DNA of 64,000 bases from Paracoccaceae bacterium (GCA_030066905.1 JASJAR010000008.1:42932-106931), one strand, 5' to 3'; numbered from the stretch's first letter, positions 52,653 through 62,770 are shown. Notes: generated by a model from the sequence alone, not told the origin. Program-made: numbers and translations.

Positions 52653-52818
52653 GATTCTGTTGAAAAACTCGCTGTTTGGACGGCAGCGGCCAGTTTGGCG
52701 GAACATCCTCCTGATAAATGGTGATTGAGCGAACGACGCTTACTAGGCGGCCCCTTGCAAGAACACCGTTCCAAGTTTTCGAGTGAAATTTCGGGTTGGA
52801 GAGTTTTTCAACACAATC
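52653..52818. repeat. 166-bp element bounded by 18-bp terminal inverted repeats (MITE-like, different family)
   Basis: GATTCTGTTGAAAAACTC (52653-52670) matches the reverse complement of 52801-52818 (GATTGTGTTGAAAAACTC) at 17/18. The interior has lower GC and no ORF. It abuts the end of family-1 copy 8. Confidence 0.55.
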
Positions 52819-52848
52819 GGTCAAGACCCGACCTCGCTCCCGGTCCGT

Positions 52849-53835
52849 CTACAGCATCGACGGCACCACCAAATCCGGCGGACGGTGCCCGTCGTCGAAG
52901 GTCTTGATGTTGATGAGGACTTTTTCTCCCATCTCCACCCGCGCCTCCTCGGTGGCCGAGCCCATATGGGGCAGGAGGACGACGTTTGGCAATTCCCGCA
53001 GGCGGGGGTTCACATCCGAGCCGTGTTCGTAAACGTCGAGCCCCGCACCGGCGAGTTCGCCTGCCCGCAACATCCGGGTCAGCGCGTTTTCGTCGATCAC
53101 CTCGCCGCGGGAGGTATTTACGATCACCGCCGAGGGTTTCATCAGTTTCAGCCGGCGCGCGTTCATCAGATGGAAGGTCGCCGGTGTGTGCGGACAGTTG
53201 ATCGAGAGGACGTCGACCCGCGCGACCATCTGGTCGAGGCTCTCCCAGTAACGCGCGCCGTGGGCGGCCTCGATCTCGGGGTGGAGGCGGCGGCGGTTGT
53301 GGTAATGGACTTCCATGCCGAAGGCGCGCGCCCTCAAGGCCACCGCGCCGCCGATCCGGCCCATGCCGAGGATGCCGAGATGCTTGCCGCCGAGGCGCCC
53401 GCCCAGAAAAGCGGTGGGCGACCAGCCGGCCCATTCCCCAGATTGCATCGCCGCCATCCCCTCGGGCAGCCGCCGGATGGTCGCGAGAAGCAGCGCCATG
53501 GCCATGTCGGCGGTATCCTCAGCCTGAACGCCCGGGGTGTTTGACACCAGAACGCCCCGCTGGCGGGCGGTGGCAACGTCGATATGGTCGACGCCCGCTC
53601 CGTAGTTGGCGATGAGCTTCAGCCGGTCCCCGGCGGCCGAAAGCAGCGCCGCATCGATCTGGTCTGTGAGCGAGGGGACGAGGACGTCGGTGCTCCTGAT
53701 CGCTTCGGCAAGCTCGGTGCGGCTCATCGGCGTGTCGTCGGGGTTCAGACGGACATCGAACAGCTCCGACATCCGCGCCTCAACGCGCTCGGGCAGCCGT
53801 CGCGTGACGACCACACTGAGCCGTTTGCCTGCCAT
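52849..53835 (-). CDS. D-isomer-specific 2-hydroxyacid dehydrogenase (glyoxylate reductase / D-glycerate dehydrogenase-like)
   Basis: ATG at 53835 gives MAGKRLSVVVTRRLPE. Contains GILGMGRIGGAVA and LLPHMGSAT. Confidence 0.85.
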   Translation of the reverse strand: MAGKRLSVVVTRRLPERVEARMSELFDVRLNPDDTPMSRTELAEAIRSTDVLVPSLTDQIDAALLSAAGDRLKLIANYGAGVDHIDVATARQRGVLVSNTPGVQAEDTADMAMALLLATIRRLPEGMAAMQSGEWAGWSPTAFLGGRLGGKHLGILGMGRIGGAVALRARAFGMEVHYHNRRRLHPEIEAAHGARYWESLDQMVARVDVLSINCPHTPATFHLMNARRLKLMKPSAVIVNTSRGEVIDENALTRMLRAGELAGAGLDVYEHGSDVNPRLRELPNVVLLPHMGSATEEARVEMGEKVLINIKTFDDGHRPPDLVVPSML

Positions 53836-53929
53836 GGTCTGCCTCCCCGGGGACTTCCCCTCGCGCCGGATATGGGCCATGTTCGCAAGAGAACCGGCGC
53901 GGCACAAGCGCCGGAAGGAGCGAGCGGAC

Positions 53930-54430
53930 ATGACACGGGGCATCCGGGCCGGCCTGGTGCTGGCAATTTCGATTCTCATCGCCAGCGCGGCCGTGGCCGA
54001 AACGCGCGGCCAGGTCACCAATCTCCCCCTGCCCCGCTTCGTCTCCCTCAAGGCCAGCGAAGGCAATGTCCGCCGTGGCCCCTCGCTGTCGCACCGGATC
54101 GACTGGGTCTTCACCCGCCGCGACATGCCGCTCGTCGTCACCGCCGAATACGGACACTGGCGCCGGGTGGAAGACCGCGACGGCCAGGGCGGCTGGGTGC
54201 ATTATTCGCTTCTGTCAGGGGTGCGCACGGTCATCGTCGCAGAAGACCTCACACCGCTCTACATGAAGCCGCAGGACGGCGCGCCGGTCTCTGCGCGCGC
54301 CGAAGCTGGCGTCGTCGCCAGGCTCGGGGCCTGCGACGCGGATTGGTGCCGGATCACCGCCGACGGCAAGCGCGGCTGGGCGCGGAAGGCGGCCCTCTGG
54401 GGCGTGGCCGCCGACGAGATCCGCGAATAG
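53930..54430 (+). CDS. SH3-like domain protein (DUF1058-type), secreted
   Basis: ATG at 53930 gives MTRGIRAGLVLAISILIASAAVAE, followed by two SH3b-like repeats (NVRRGPSLSHRIDWVF, WRRVEDRDGQGGWVH). Confidence 0.7.
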   Translation: MTRGIRAGLVLAISILIASAAVAETRGQVTNLPLPRFVSLKASEGNVRRGPSLSHRIDWVFTRRDMPLVVTAEYGHWRRVEDRDGQGGWVHYSLLSGVRTVIVAEDLTPLYMKPQDGAPVSARAEAGVVARLGACDADWCRITADGKRGWARKAALWGVAADEIRE

Positions 54431-54433
54431 CCG

Positions 54434-54820
54434 TTACTCCACCGTCACGGTAATCACGTCCGACACAATCGGCGGGTTGTGCGGGACGTGGTTGTGATCC
54501 CCGACGACGAGCTGGAGCGTATGGTCCCCGGGTACGAGTTCGACGGTGACCTCCGTCTGCCCGCCACCGAAATGGCGGTGGTTTTCGTCATTCGGCAGCG
54601 CGAGTTCGAACTCCTCGGCGCCGAACTGGCCTTCTCCGAGCGGGGGCCGGTCGATGAGGAGATGATGGTGGCCGGTCATCTCCATCTCCACCCCGGCCGG
54701 GGCGACGCCCATGCCCGACAGACCGAAGACAATCGTCAAAGGCGACGATACGGTCATGCCGTCTTCGAGATTGGCGAAGTAGACGGCCGCGCCCTCCGGG
54801 GCGGGGGTTTCGGCGGCCAA
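54434..54820 (-). CDS. DUF4399 domain protein; 5' end problematic
   Basis: Contains GHHHLLID and DHTLQLVVGDHNHVPH. The listed start is TTG at 54820. A signal-peptide-like stretch (GRFAIAAAFAIATPVLA) is open in frame upstream to 54868 but has no start codon. Confidence 0.6.
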   Translation of the reverse strand: MAAETPAPEGAAVYFANLEDGMTVSSPLTIVFGLSGMGVAPAGVEMEMTGHHHLLIDRPPLGEGQFGAEEFELALPNDENHRHFGGGQTEVTVELVPGDHTLQLVVGDHNHVPHNPPIVSDVITVTVE

Positions 54821-55099
54821 TACGGGTGTCGCGATGGCAAAGGCGGCGGCGATTGCGAAACGTCCATGCTATCCGCCCTGATATGTAGAAAAGAACATAG
54901 GACGGGATGCAGTCGTTTCGAACCGGCGGGCCAGGTTTGCCCGGGGTGGGCGGTTGGCGTCGCCGATGGAAGGAACAAGACCCGGCCACGGTTCGACCCC
55001 GGACCGCGTTCGACAGCGCATTTCCTCGGGCCGCACCCCCCGGATCGGGTCTGTGGCGCGGTTTATGAAGGTCTTTCTGGGCAAGGCCAGGTCGCCATA

Positions 55100-56200
55100 T
55101 CAAGACCGAGCCCCCTCACCCCCCGAACCCGAAGCGATCCCGCGCATGTCCGGCGAAGCCTTCCCACGATCTCCGCAAACCGGGCAGGTCGAATTCCGGG
55201 CAACCGACATAACGCGGGTTTCGCCGTAGAGCCCGTCATAGATCATCATCCGACCGAGGAGCGCGTCGCCTGCCCCGGCGATCACCTTCAGCGCCTCCAG
55301 CGCCATGATCGAGCCGATGATGCCGGGCAGCGGTCCGGCCACGCCGGCTTCCGCGCAGGTCTGGGAGACCCCCGGAGCGGCCGGAACCGGAAAGACGCAG
55401 GCGTAGCAGGGTGCCCCCCGGGCCGGGTCGAACACGCTCACCTGACCCTCCCACTGGCTGATGGCCCCCGAAACCAGCGGTTTGCCCAAGACGACGGCCG
55501 CACGGTTCGCGACATAGCGGGTCTCGGTATCGTCGGCCCCGTCGACGATCACGTCGTAGTCCGCAAAAAGATCGGCCGCGATGTCCTCGGTCAGGCGCCG
55601 GTTGTAGGGCCGAACCGTCACGAAGGGGTTCTGCGCGGTCACCGCCGCTTCCGCCGAAAACACCTTCGGCATGCCGATCCGCGCGTCGGTATGGATCGTC
55701 TGGCGTTGCAGGTTCGACAGTTCCACGACATCGTTGTCAATCACCCCCAGCGTGCCCACGCCCGCCGCCCCGAGATACTGGAGCACCGGTGAGCCGAGCC
55801 CGCCGGCACCGATCACCAGCACCCGGGCCGCTTCGATCTTCTGCTGCCCCATGCCGCCGATCTCTCTGAGAACGATATGGCGGGCAGCGCGTTCGAGCCG
55901 CGTCGATGTCGATCCGGTCTCCCGGGCAGGTGGCCGGTTTTCGGGTCGGACCCAGCGGCGCAGCAGCGTCAGGCCCCGGAAGTAGACCCAGACGGTCGCC
56001 CCGAGCCCGCCGAGCACCAGCCATTCGGCCGCCGAACCGCCGGTGGCCTCACGGAGCGGATGGCCCGGGGGCAGGCCGACATTGGCCGCGAGCACCGCGA
56101 CATAAAGGAGCGCGATCATCAGAAGGCGGGCGTTAACCGGCGCGTTCATCAGCCGCCCGAGGACCCAGAGCGCCCCCGCGAGGACCAAAAAGAGCGTCAT
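55100..56200 (-). CDS. HesA/MoeB/ThiF family adenylyltransferase with ~110-aa N-terminal membrane extension
   Basis: 366 aa. There are 3 predicted TMs in the first ~85 residues. The E1-like core follows, with VLVIGAGGLGSPVLQYLGAAGVG and CxxC...CPVC. Confidence 0.8.
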   Translation of the reverse strand: MTLFLVLAGALWVLGRLMNAPVNARLLMIALLYVAVLAANVGLPPGHPLREATGGSAAEWLVLGGLGATVWVYFRGLTLLRRWVRPENRPPARETGSTSTRLERAARHIVLREIGGMGQQKIEAARVLVIGAGGLGSPVLQYLGAAGVGTLGVIDNDVVELSNLQRQTIHTDARIGMPKVFSAEAAVTAQNPFVTVRPYNRRLTEDIAADLFADYDVIVDGADDTETRYVANRAAVVLGKPLVSGAISQWEGQVSVFDPARGAPCYACVFPVPAAPGVSQTCAEAGVAGPLPGIIGSIMALEALKVIAGAGDALLGRMMIYDGLYGETRVMSVARNSTCPVCGDRGKASPDMRGIASGSGGEGARS

Positions 56201-56670
56201 CAGCCGGTGCCGGTCGAGCCGAAGCCGCCTGCGGCCCGGACACTGCCCGTTAGGGCCTCGGCGGGCCGGAATACCGCTTGGGGGGCCGGTGCGACCACGA
56301 GTTGCGCAATCCGCTCGCCATGGGCCACGCTCTGGACTTCGGTGCCAAGGTTGACGATTATCACGCCGAGCTCGCCCCGGTAGTCGCTGTCGATCGTGCC
56401 TGGGGCGTTAAGAAGCGTCAGACCGCGCTTCAGCGCCAGACCGGATCGGGGACGCACCTGAACCTCCCAGCCGGGCGGGATTTCCAGAACGAGCCCCGTC
56501 GGCACGAGCCGCCGCGCACCGGGCGGAAGGGCGAGCCCCGCAGATCGCAGGTCCGGTGGCAGATCGGCGCGCACATCCGCCCCGGCCGCCCCGGCGGTGG
56601 CGTAGGCCGGCAGCGGCAGGGACCGGTCGGCCGCTGCGGTGCGCGCGACCCGGATCACCGGCGCCGTCAC
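56200..56670 (-). CDS. dut: dUTP diphosphatase
   Basis: 156 aa. Contains [22 protein letters not shown] and GGFGSTG. Confidence 0.93.
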   Translation of the reverse strand: MTAPVIRVARTAAADRSLPLPAYATAGAAGADVRADLPPDLRSAGLALPPGARRLVPTGLVLEIPPGWEVQVRPRSGLALKRGLTLLNAPGTIDSDYRGELGVIIVNLGTEVQSVAHGERIAQLVVAPAPQAVFRPAEALTGSVRAAGGFGSTGTG

Positions 56671-57857
56671 GCCAGCGCTCCGGCGATCTTCGCGGCCAGA
56701 CGGCGGGCGACGTCGTCCTTCGACATCCGTGGCCAGGCGTCCGCGCCGCCCGCGTCGATGATCGTCACCGCGTTTTCCGCCCCGCCCATGATGCCGGTGG
56801 CCGGCGAGACGTCATTGGCCACGATCCAGTCGCAGCCCTTGCGTTCGCGTTTGGCCGCCGCATGGGCCACGACATCGTCGGTTTCGGCGGCAAAGCCGAC
56901 GACGAGGCGCGGACGGTCGGGATGGGCCGAGATCGCGGCGAGGATGTCGGGGTTTTCGGCAAGCGCGAGGGCCGGCGGGCCGCTGCCGGTCTTCTTGATC
57001 TTGCCTTCGGACGGCAGTTCCGCACGCCAGTCGGCCACGGCGGCGGTGCAGATCGCGGCATCGACGGGCAAGGCGGCGAGCGCGGCGGCGTGCATCTCGG
57101 CGGCAGTCTCAACCCGCACCACCTCGACGCCTTCGGGCGGCGGCACCTCAGCCGGTCCGGTGACGAAGACCACCTCCGCCCCGAGCGCCGAGAGCGCCCG
57201 CCCGAGCGCGGTGCCTTGCGCCCCGGACGACCGGTTGGCGATGTAGCGCACGGGGTCGAGCGGCTCGTGGGTCGGCCCCGAGGTCACGAGAATGCGCTTT
57301 CCTTGCAGCGGTCCCTCGGCCAGCGCGGAGGCGACCGCCGTGACGATCTCGAGGGGGTCGGACATCCGCCCCGGTCCGAACTCGCCGCAGGCCATGTCCC
57401 CCTCGCCGGGCCCGACCACCCGCACCCCGTCTCCGAGTAGTGTGGCGAGGTTGCGCTGGGTCGCGGGATGCTGCCACATCCGCACGTTCATTGCCGGCGC
57501 GATGAGGACGGCGGTGTCGGTCGCCAGAAGGACCGTTGAGGCCAGATCGTCGGCATGCCCGCCCGACATCTTCGCCATCAGATCGGCGGTGGCCGGGGCG
57601 ACGACGATGAGGTCGGCCGAGCGCGACAGCTCGATATGCCCCATCTCCGCCTCGTCGGTCAGATCGAAGAGATCGGTATAGGCTTTCTCACCGGCGAGGG
57701 CCGCCGCCGAAAGCGGGGTGATGAATTGCCCCGCGGCCCGGGTAAGAAGCGGCGTCACCATTGCGCCGCGGTCTTTCAGACGGCGGATGAGGTCGAGCGC
57801 CTTGTAGGCCGCTATGCCGCCGCCGATGACGAGAAGGATGCGTTTGCCGCCGAGCAT
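56667..57857 (-). CDS. coaBC: bifunctional phosphopantothenoylcysteine decarboxylase / synthetase
   Basis: 396 aa. The flavoprotein N-domain has GGIAAYK, and the CoaB domain has SGPT.E.LDPVRYI.N.SSG. Confidence 0.93.
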   Translation of the reverse strand: MLGGKRILLVIGGGIAAYKALDLIRRLKDRGAMVTPLLTRAAGQFITPLSAAALAGEKAYTDLFDLTDEAEMGHIELSRSADLIVVAPATADLMAKMSGGHADDLASTVLLATDTAVLIAPAMNVRMWQHPATQRNLATLLGDGVRVVGPGEGDMACGEFGPGRMSDPLEIVTAVASALAEGPLQGKRILVTSGPTHEPLDPVRYIANRSSGAQGTALGRALSALGAEVVFVTGPAEVPPPEGVEVVRVETAAEMHAAALAALPVDAAICTAAVADWRAELPSEGKIKKTGSGPPALALAENPDILAAISAHPDRPRLVVGFAAETDDVVAHAAAKRERKGCDWIVANDVSPATGIMGGAENAVTIIDAGGADAWPRMSKDDVARRLAAKIAGALA

Positions 57858-57929
57858 GGTCCCTGGGGTCCCCTTCGCCCCCCTTGCGCCAAGTCGTAGG
57901 CGCCCGGGAGGCCCGCTGCAAGCTCAGCG

Positions 57930-58715
57930 CTAGCGGAAGGCGGCGCAGGGATCGCCGCGTTCCGGCGCGGGAGCCACCGTCCAGTAATCGAAAGGCTGCG
58001 CACCCTCCGGTTCGGCCTCGAATTGTCCGACGGTGACGACATCGAGACCGGGCTCGGCAGCCGCAAGCAGCGCCGGCACGCCCCAGTCGGCACGCGCATG
58101 ACCGTTGCCGGTGATAACCACCACTGGCCCGCCGGTCTCGGCCAAGGCCGCGAGCACCGCGCGGGCAAGCACACCGTCGCGCATCCGCTGGGCCTCGACC
58201 ATTCCCGGCAGAAGGCCCGCCGGAAGCGCGTCGCAATGGGCCTCGGCCATCCCCTCCTCGCGCGCGGCCTGCACAACCGGCGGCAAGGGGGCGTCTAGCC
58301 CCATGATGGTTCCCCAGCCGCCCAGTGCCGCCGCCGCGCCCATCTCCATCGCGCGTTCAAGCTCGTCCCGCGGCACCTCTGCACCGAAGAGCGTCGCCTC
58401 GGGCGCGGCGGCGAAAACCGGCCAGTACATCGCAAAATCCGGCCAGCCGCGAGAGTCCCAGTCGAGATGCGCTTCGAGCCGTCCGGCGTCGGCGCGTATC
58501 TCGCCGGTCACCGTGAGGGCCAGCGCCTCGGGAACCATTTCGAACACGAGCGCCGCGGGCTCGATCTCGGCGATGATCCGGGCCTGGGCGTTGTGATGGA
58601 GCGGATTGTCGTGACGTTCGCCCAGGATGGCGATGTCGGCCCGCGCCAGACGCTGGAGCCCCGCATCATCGAGCGGGGCTGCCTGCAGAGTTGCGGCAGC
58701 GAAGACCGCCGGCAA
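57930..58715 (-). CDS. ChaN-family (haem-binding uptake/Tiki-like) protein; start uncertain
   Basis: 261 aa. Contains ILGERHDNPLHH. The listed start is TTG, and the signal-like N-terminus may start slightly upstream at CTG. Confidence 0.6.
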   Translation of the reverse strand: MPAVFAAATLQAAPLDDAGLQRLARADIAILGERHDNPLHHNAQARIIAEIEPAALVFEMVPEALALTVTGEIRADAGRLEAHLDWDSRGWPDFAMYWPVFAAAPEATLFGAEVPRDELERAMEMGAAAALGGWGTIMGLDAPLPPVVQAAREEGMAEAHCDALPAGLLPGMVEAQRMRDGVLARAVLAALAETGGPVVVITGNGHARADWGVPALLAAAEPGLDVVTVGQFEAEPEGAQPFDYWTVAPAPERGDPCAAFR

Positions 58716-58723
58716 TATCGGGG

Positions 58724-59602
58724 TCAGACGAAGAATTCGTGAACTTCCTTCGACTGGGCTTCGAGCGCCTTGCGCATCTTGCCGAATGCGGCGGCTTCGA
58801 GCTGGCGGACCCGCTCCTTCGACAGGCCGAGCTCGTTGCCGAGGCTTTCGAGCGTGCGGGGCTCGTCGCGAAGCTTGCGCTCGCGCACGATGAAACGCTC
58901 GCGTTCGTTCAGACCGTTAAGTGCCGTCACCAGCCAATCGCGCAGCGTGTCGATGTCCTTGTCGGCCTCGACCTGGGCCGATTGCTGGGCGCCCTCGTCT
59001 TCGAGCGTCTCGATCCACTCGCGCCCCTCGTCGTCGGACGACTGCGTGGCGTTGAGCGAAAAGTCCGACCCCGCGAGCCTGCCCTCCATCATCTCCACGT
59101 CATGAAGCGGCACGCCCACCTCGGTGGCGATGAGCTGGCGCATCTGGTGCCGGTCGAGGTTTTCGCCCCGGGCCAGTGCCTCGCGTTCGAGCCTGGCCTG
59201 GACCCGGCGCATGTTGAAGAAGAGCGATTTCTGCGAGGAGGTGGAGCCGGTGCGCACCATGGACCAGTTGCGCATCACGTAATCCTGGATCGATGCCTTG
59301 ATCCACCACACCGCGTAGGTCGAGAACCGCACGCCGCGGTCGGGGTCGAACTTGTCGGCCGCCTTCATCAGGCCGAGGGACGCTTCCTGTATAAGGTCGT
59401 TCATAGGCGCGCCGTAACGGCGGAATTTGGCGGCCATCGAAATCGCGAGGCGCATATAGGCCGTCACGAGGCGATGCAGCGCCTTTTCGTCACGCTCGTC
59501 GCGCCAGGCGAAAGCAAGACGAAGTTCGGTCTCGGCATCGAGGAGTTCGGCCTGCATGGCGCGTCGCGAAAGTGTTTGATCGGAGAAACCGTCGAGTGCC
59601 AT
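58724..59602 (-). CDS. rpoH: RNA polymerase sigma-32 factor
   Basis: 292 aa. Contains the RpoB-box-like WWIKASIQDYVMRNWSMVR and the RpoH box QKSLFFNMRR. Confidence 0.93.
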   Translation of the reverse strand: MALDGFSDQTLSRRAMQAELLDAETELRLAFAWRDERDEKALHRLVTAYMRLAISMAAKFRRYGAPMNDLIQEASLGLMKAADKFDPDRGVRFSTYAVWWIKASIQDYVMRNWSMVRTGSTSSQKSLFFNMRRVQARLEREALARGENLDRHQMRQLIATEVGVPLHDVEMMEGRLAGSDFSLNATQSSDDEGREWIETLEDEGAQQSAQVEADKDIDTLRDWLVTALNGLNERERFIVRERKLRDEPRTLESLGNELGLSKERVRQLEAAAFGKMRKALEAQSKEVHEFFV

Positions 59603-59851
59603 GCGTTGTCATCCCAGCGTTGGAGGCCGCCAGCGGCCGATCTGTTGAGTGTATCAATGATACGCGACCGATCCGTTACCGGATCACCAACATTGGTAAA
59701 AATTCTCTTACTGCACTTGACGCGCGGGGAAACCGGCCAATGACGGCGGACTTGGTGGTGTGCGAGGTGCATGGAGCCGGCATCGCCGCGACCGGCGTTA
59801 ACTGATCGTCAACCACACGCGCCCTACGCCTTGTCGCGAAAGGAGCCAGCG

Positions 59852-61375
59852 ATGGTGGCACGGGCCTATACGGTCGCTTTCGAAGGGATCGCCGCCCGGC
59901 TTGTCGAGGTCCAGTGCGCCCTCACCCCGGGGATGCCGGCATTTTCCATCGTCGGCCTGCCCGACAAGGCGGTCTCCGAAGCCAGGGAGCGGGTGCGCGC
60001 GGCGTTCGCGGCATTGGCGATTGCATTGCCGGCGCGCAAGATCACCGTGAACCTCAGCCCCGCGGACCTGCCGAAGGAAGGGTCTCACTTCGACCTTGCC
60101 ATCGCGCTGGGTGTGCTGGCGGCGATGGATGTCATACCCGCCGACCGCGTCGCCGAGACCGTCGGTTTCGGCGGCCTTTCCCTTGATGGAACCCTGGAAC
60201 CGGTCGGCGGCGCGCTTCCGGCCGCGCTGACGGCGGCCGCCGAGGGCCGCGAACTGATTTGCGCCCGGGCCTCCGGTGCCGAGGCGGCCTGGGTCGATGC
60301 CGCGGCGGTGACACCGGCCGACAGCCTTGCCGCAGTGATTGCCCATCTCAACGGCAAGGTGCCGCTTGGGCTGGCGGCACCGGGCGAGATCAAGGGCGCG
60401 GGCGGATGGCGCGACCTGTCCGAAGTCAAAGGACAGGAGCGCGCGAAACGGGCGCTCGAAATCGCCGCGGCCGGCCGCCACCACCTCCTGCTCGTCGGCA
60501 CGCCGGGGTCGGGCAAGTCCATGCTCGCCCAGCGCCTGCCAGGCCTGCTGCCGCCGCTCGACGCCGCCGAGGTGCTTGAGACATCGATGATCCATTCGCT
60601 GTCGGGGCTCATTGCCGAAGGCGGCATCTCCCGCGAACGTCCCTACCGGGAGCCGCACCATACCGCATCGATGGCCGCGATTGTCGGCGGCGGTAAGGGC
60701 GCCAAACCCGGCGAGATCAGCCTTGCGCATAACGGTGTTCTGTTCATGGACGAGTTCCCGGAATTCTCCCGCCAGGTGCTTGAAACCCTACGCCAGCCCA
60801 TCGAGACCGGCAGCGTGGTCGTCGCACGGGCCAACGCCCATGTCCGCTACCCCTGCCGGTTTCTTCTCGTCGCCGCCGCCAACCCCTGCCGCTGCGGGTA
60901 TCTTGCGGACCCGTCGCGGGCCTGCCCGAAGGCGCCCTCCTGCGGAGAGGAGTACCTGGGGCGCATCTCGACCCCGCTTCTCGACCGGATCGATCTGCGG
61001 GTCGACGTCCCGCCGGTGGCCTATTCCGACCTCGATCTTCCGGCCAACGGCGAGCGGTCGGCGGCGGTGGCCAAACGGGTGGCGCGCGCCCGGGCCTGCC
61101 AGGCCGAGCGATACCGCGAGGTGGGGCAGGTGGCGCTCAATGCCGAGGCCGAGGGCGATGTCCTTGCCGCGGCCGCGCCTCTGGACGCGGAGGGCAAGGC
61201 GCTTCTGGGACGTGCGGCGGAGAAGTTCTCGCTGTCGGCGCGCGGCTATCATCGGGTGTTGCGGGTGGCGCGCACGATCGCCGATCTCGAGGCCTCGGAC
61301 CGCGTCCTGACCGGCCATCTCGCCGAAGCCCTGAGCTACCGGCTCTCCCATGCGATGCCGGTGATGTCAGGCTGA
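59852..61375 (+). CDS. YifB/ComM family Mg-chelatase-like AAA+ ATPase
   Basis: ATG at 59852 after AAGGAG. The N-terminus has a Lon-like domain, followed by Walker A GTPGSGKS and Walker B LFMDEF. Confidence 0.9.
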   Translation: MVARAYTVAFEGIAARLVEVQCALTPGMPAFSIVGLPDKAVSEARERVRAAFAALAIALPARKITVNLSPADLPKEGSHFDLAIALGVLAAMDVIPADRVAETVGFGGLSLDGTLEPVGGALPAALTAAAEGRELICARASGAEAAWVDAAAVTPADSLAAVIAHLNGKVPLGLAAPGEIKGAGGWRDLSEVKGQERAKRALEIAAAGRHHLLLVGTPGSGKSMLAQRLPGLLPPLDAAEVLETSMIHSLSGLIAEGGISRERPYREPHHTASMAAIVGGGKGAKPGEISLAHNGVLFMDEFPEFSRQVLETLRQPIETGSVVVARANAHVRYPCRFLLVAAANPCRCGYLADPSRACPKAPSCGEEYLGRISTPLLDRIDLRVDVPPVAYSDLDLPANGERSAAVAKRVARARACQAERYREVGQVALNAEAEGDVLAAAAPLDAEGKALLGRAAEKFSLSARGYHRVLRVARTIADLEASDRVLTGHLAEALSYRLSHAMPVMSG

Positions 61376-62311
61376 CAGCCGCGCCTCGACAGCGTCCCAG
61401 ATCTGGCCGGCGACATCGCTGCCGTCGAACCGCTCGAGTTCCTGGATCCCCGTGGGCGACGTCAGGTTGATCTCGGTGAGGTTGCCGCCGATCACGTCGA
61501 TGCCGACGAAGACCTGACCCTTCTCGCGCAGAAGCGGGCCGATGGCGGCGGCGATCTCGCGGTCGCGAGCGGTCAGCGCCGACGGCTCGGCCCGCCCGCC
61601 GACATGGAGGTTCGACCGGGTTTCGCCCGGCGCCGGCATCCGGTTGATCGCCCCGACCGCCTCGCCGTCGACGAGGATCACCCGCTTGTCGCCGTCCGAC
61701 ACGGCCGGCAGAAATTTCTGAACGATCAGCGGCTCGCGGTTGATGCCGGAGAAAAGCTCGTGGAGGCTGGTGAGGTTCCGGTCCTCGGGCCGGAGGCGAA
61801 ACACGCCGGCGCCACCGTTGCCGTATAGCGGTTTGAGGATGATATCGCCGTGTTCGGCGTGAAAGGCCCGGAGGAGCTCGAGGTCCCGTGCGATGGTTGT
61901 CGGCGGCGTCAGGTCGGGAAAGTCCAGCACCAGGAGCTTTTCGGGGTAGTTCCGGACCCAGAACGGGTCGTTGAGTACGAGGCTGCGCCCGGCGAGCCGG
62001 TCGAGAATATGGGTTGTGGTGATGTAGCCCATATCGAAGGGCGGGTCCTGGCGCAGCCAGACGACATCGATATCGGCAAGGTCGATCACGGCCTCCGGGC
62101 CGAGCGTCACATGGTCTCCGCGCACCCGCTGCACCTCTGCGGGGCGCGCCCGGGCGGTCACCCGCCCCGCCTCATAGGCAAGCTTGTCGGGCGTGTAGAC
62201 ATAAATGTCGTGGCCGCGCGCCGCGGCGGCTTCGGCGAGGCGAAACGAGGAATCGGCGTCGATATCGACATCTTCGATCGGGTCCATCTGAAACGCGACG
62301 CTGAGGGCCAT
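61367..62311 (-). CDS. gshB: glutathione synthetase
   Basis: ATG at 62311 gives MALSVAFQMDPIEDVDIDADSSF. It has an ATP-grasp C-terminal half. The 3' end overlaps comM by 9 nt (convergent). Confidence 0.92.
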   Translation of the reverse strand: MALSVAFQMDPIEDVDIDADSSFRLAEAAAARGHDIYVYTPDKLAYEAGRVTARARPAEVQRVRGDHVTLGPEAVIDLADIDVVWLRQDPPFDMGYITTTHILDRLAGRSLVLNDPFWVRNYPEKLLVLDFPDLTPPTTIARDLELLRAFHAEHGDIILKPLYGNGGAGVFRLRPEDRNLTSLHELFSGINREPLIVQKFLPAVSDGDKRVILVDGEAVGAINRMPAPGETRSNLHVGGRAEPSALTARDREIAAAIGPLLREKGQVFVGIDVIGGNLTEINLTSPTGIQELERFDGSDVAGQIWDAVEARLSA

Positions 62312-62381
62312 TGCGACTTCCCTATCCGGCAACGCCGCTTCATCGCCGGGGGGGGAACCGAGCGCAAGCCCCGAAGCCGCG

Positions 62382-62768
62382 TCAGGTCAGCATGACATTC
62401 TCGACGATCTCGATCTCCCCCGCCCCCCCGACAAGGGCGAGATCGAACCGCAGGGGTGTCAGAAGCCCCAGGGGCTGGCCCGAAAGGAATTCCGACGCCG
62501 CATCGTAGAGCCGGCGCAACTGGCGCGCGGTCAGCCGAAAGGCGGCGTCATGGAGGCTGCCGGCCTTCTTCACCTCGACGAAGACCAGTTCGTCGCCGCG
62601 GCGCATCACAAGGTCGATCTCGCCGCCCCGGCCCCGCCACCGGCTTGCCGCCAGCTCGTGGCCCGAGCGCCGGTAATGGGCCGAGACCTGATCCTCCGCC
62701 GCGAGGCCGGCCTCGTAGGCGGTGCGCCCCCGCATCCTTCGCGCGCTGCGCGTCTTCGCCTCGGCCAT
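62382..62768 (-). CDS. yraN: YraN family (UPF0102) endonuclease-like protein
   Basis: ATG at 62768 gives MAEAKTRSARR. Contains GEIDLVMRRGDELVFVEVK. Confidence 0.8.
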   Translation of the reverse strand: MAEAKTRSARRMRGRTAYEAGLAAEDQVSAHYRRSGHELAASRWRGRGGEIDLVMRRGDELVFVEVKKAGSLHDAAFRLTARQLRRLYDAASEFLSGQPLGLLTPLRFDLALVGGAGEIEIVENVMLT

Positions 62769-62770
62769 CG

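Noticed and set aside
59651-59685. Palindromes GTATCAATGATAC and GATCCGttacCGGATC in the rpoH/comM divergent region, and attempts to place sigma-70/sigma-32 promoters.
   Set aside because: I could not find hexamers with acceptable spacing, and the palindromes are short.
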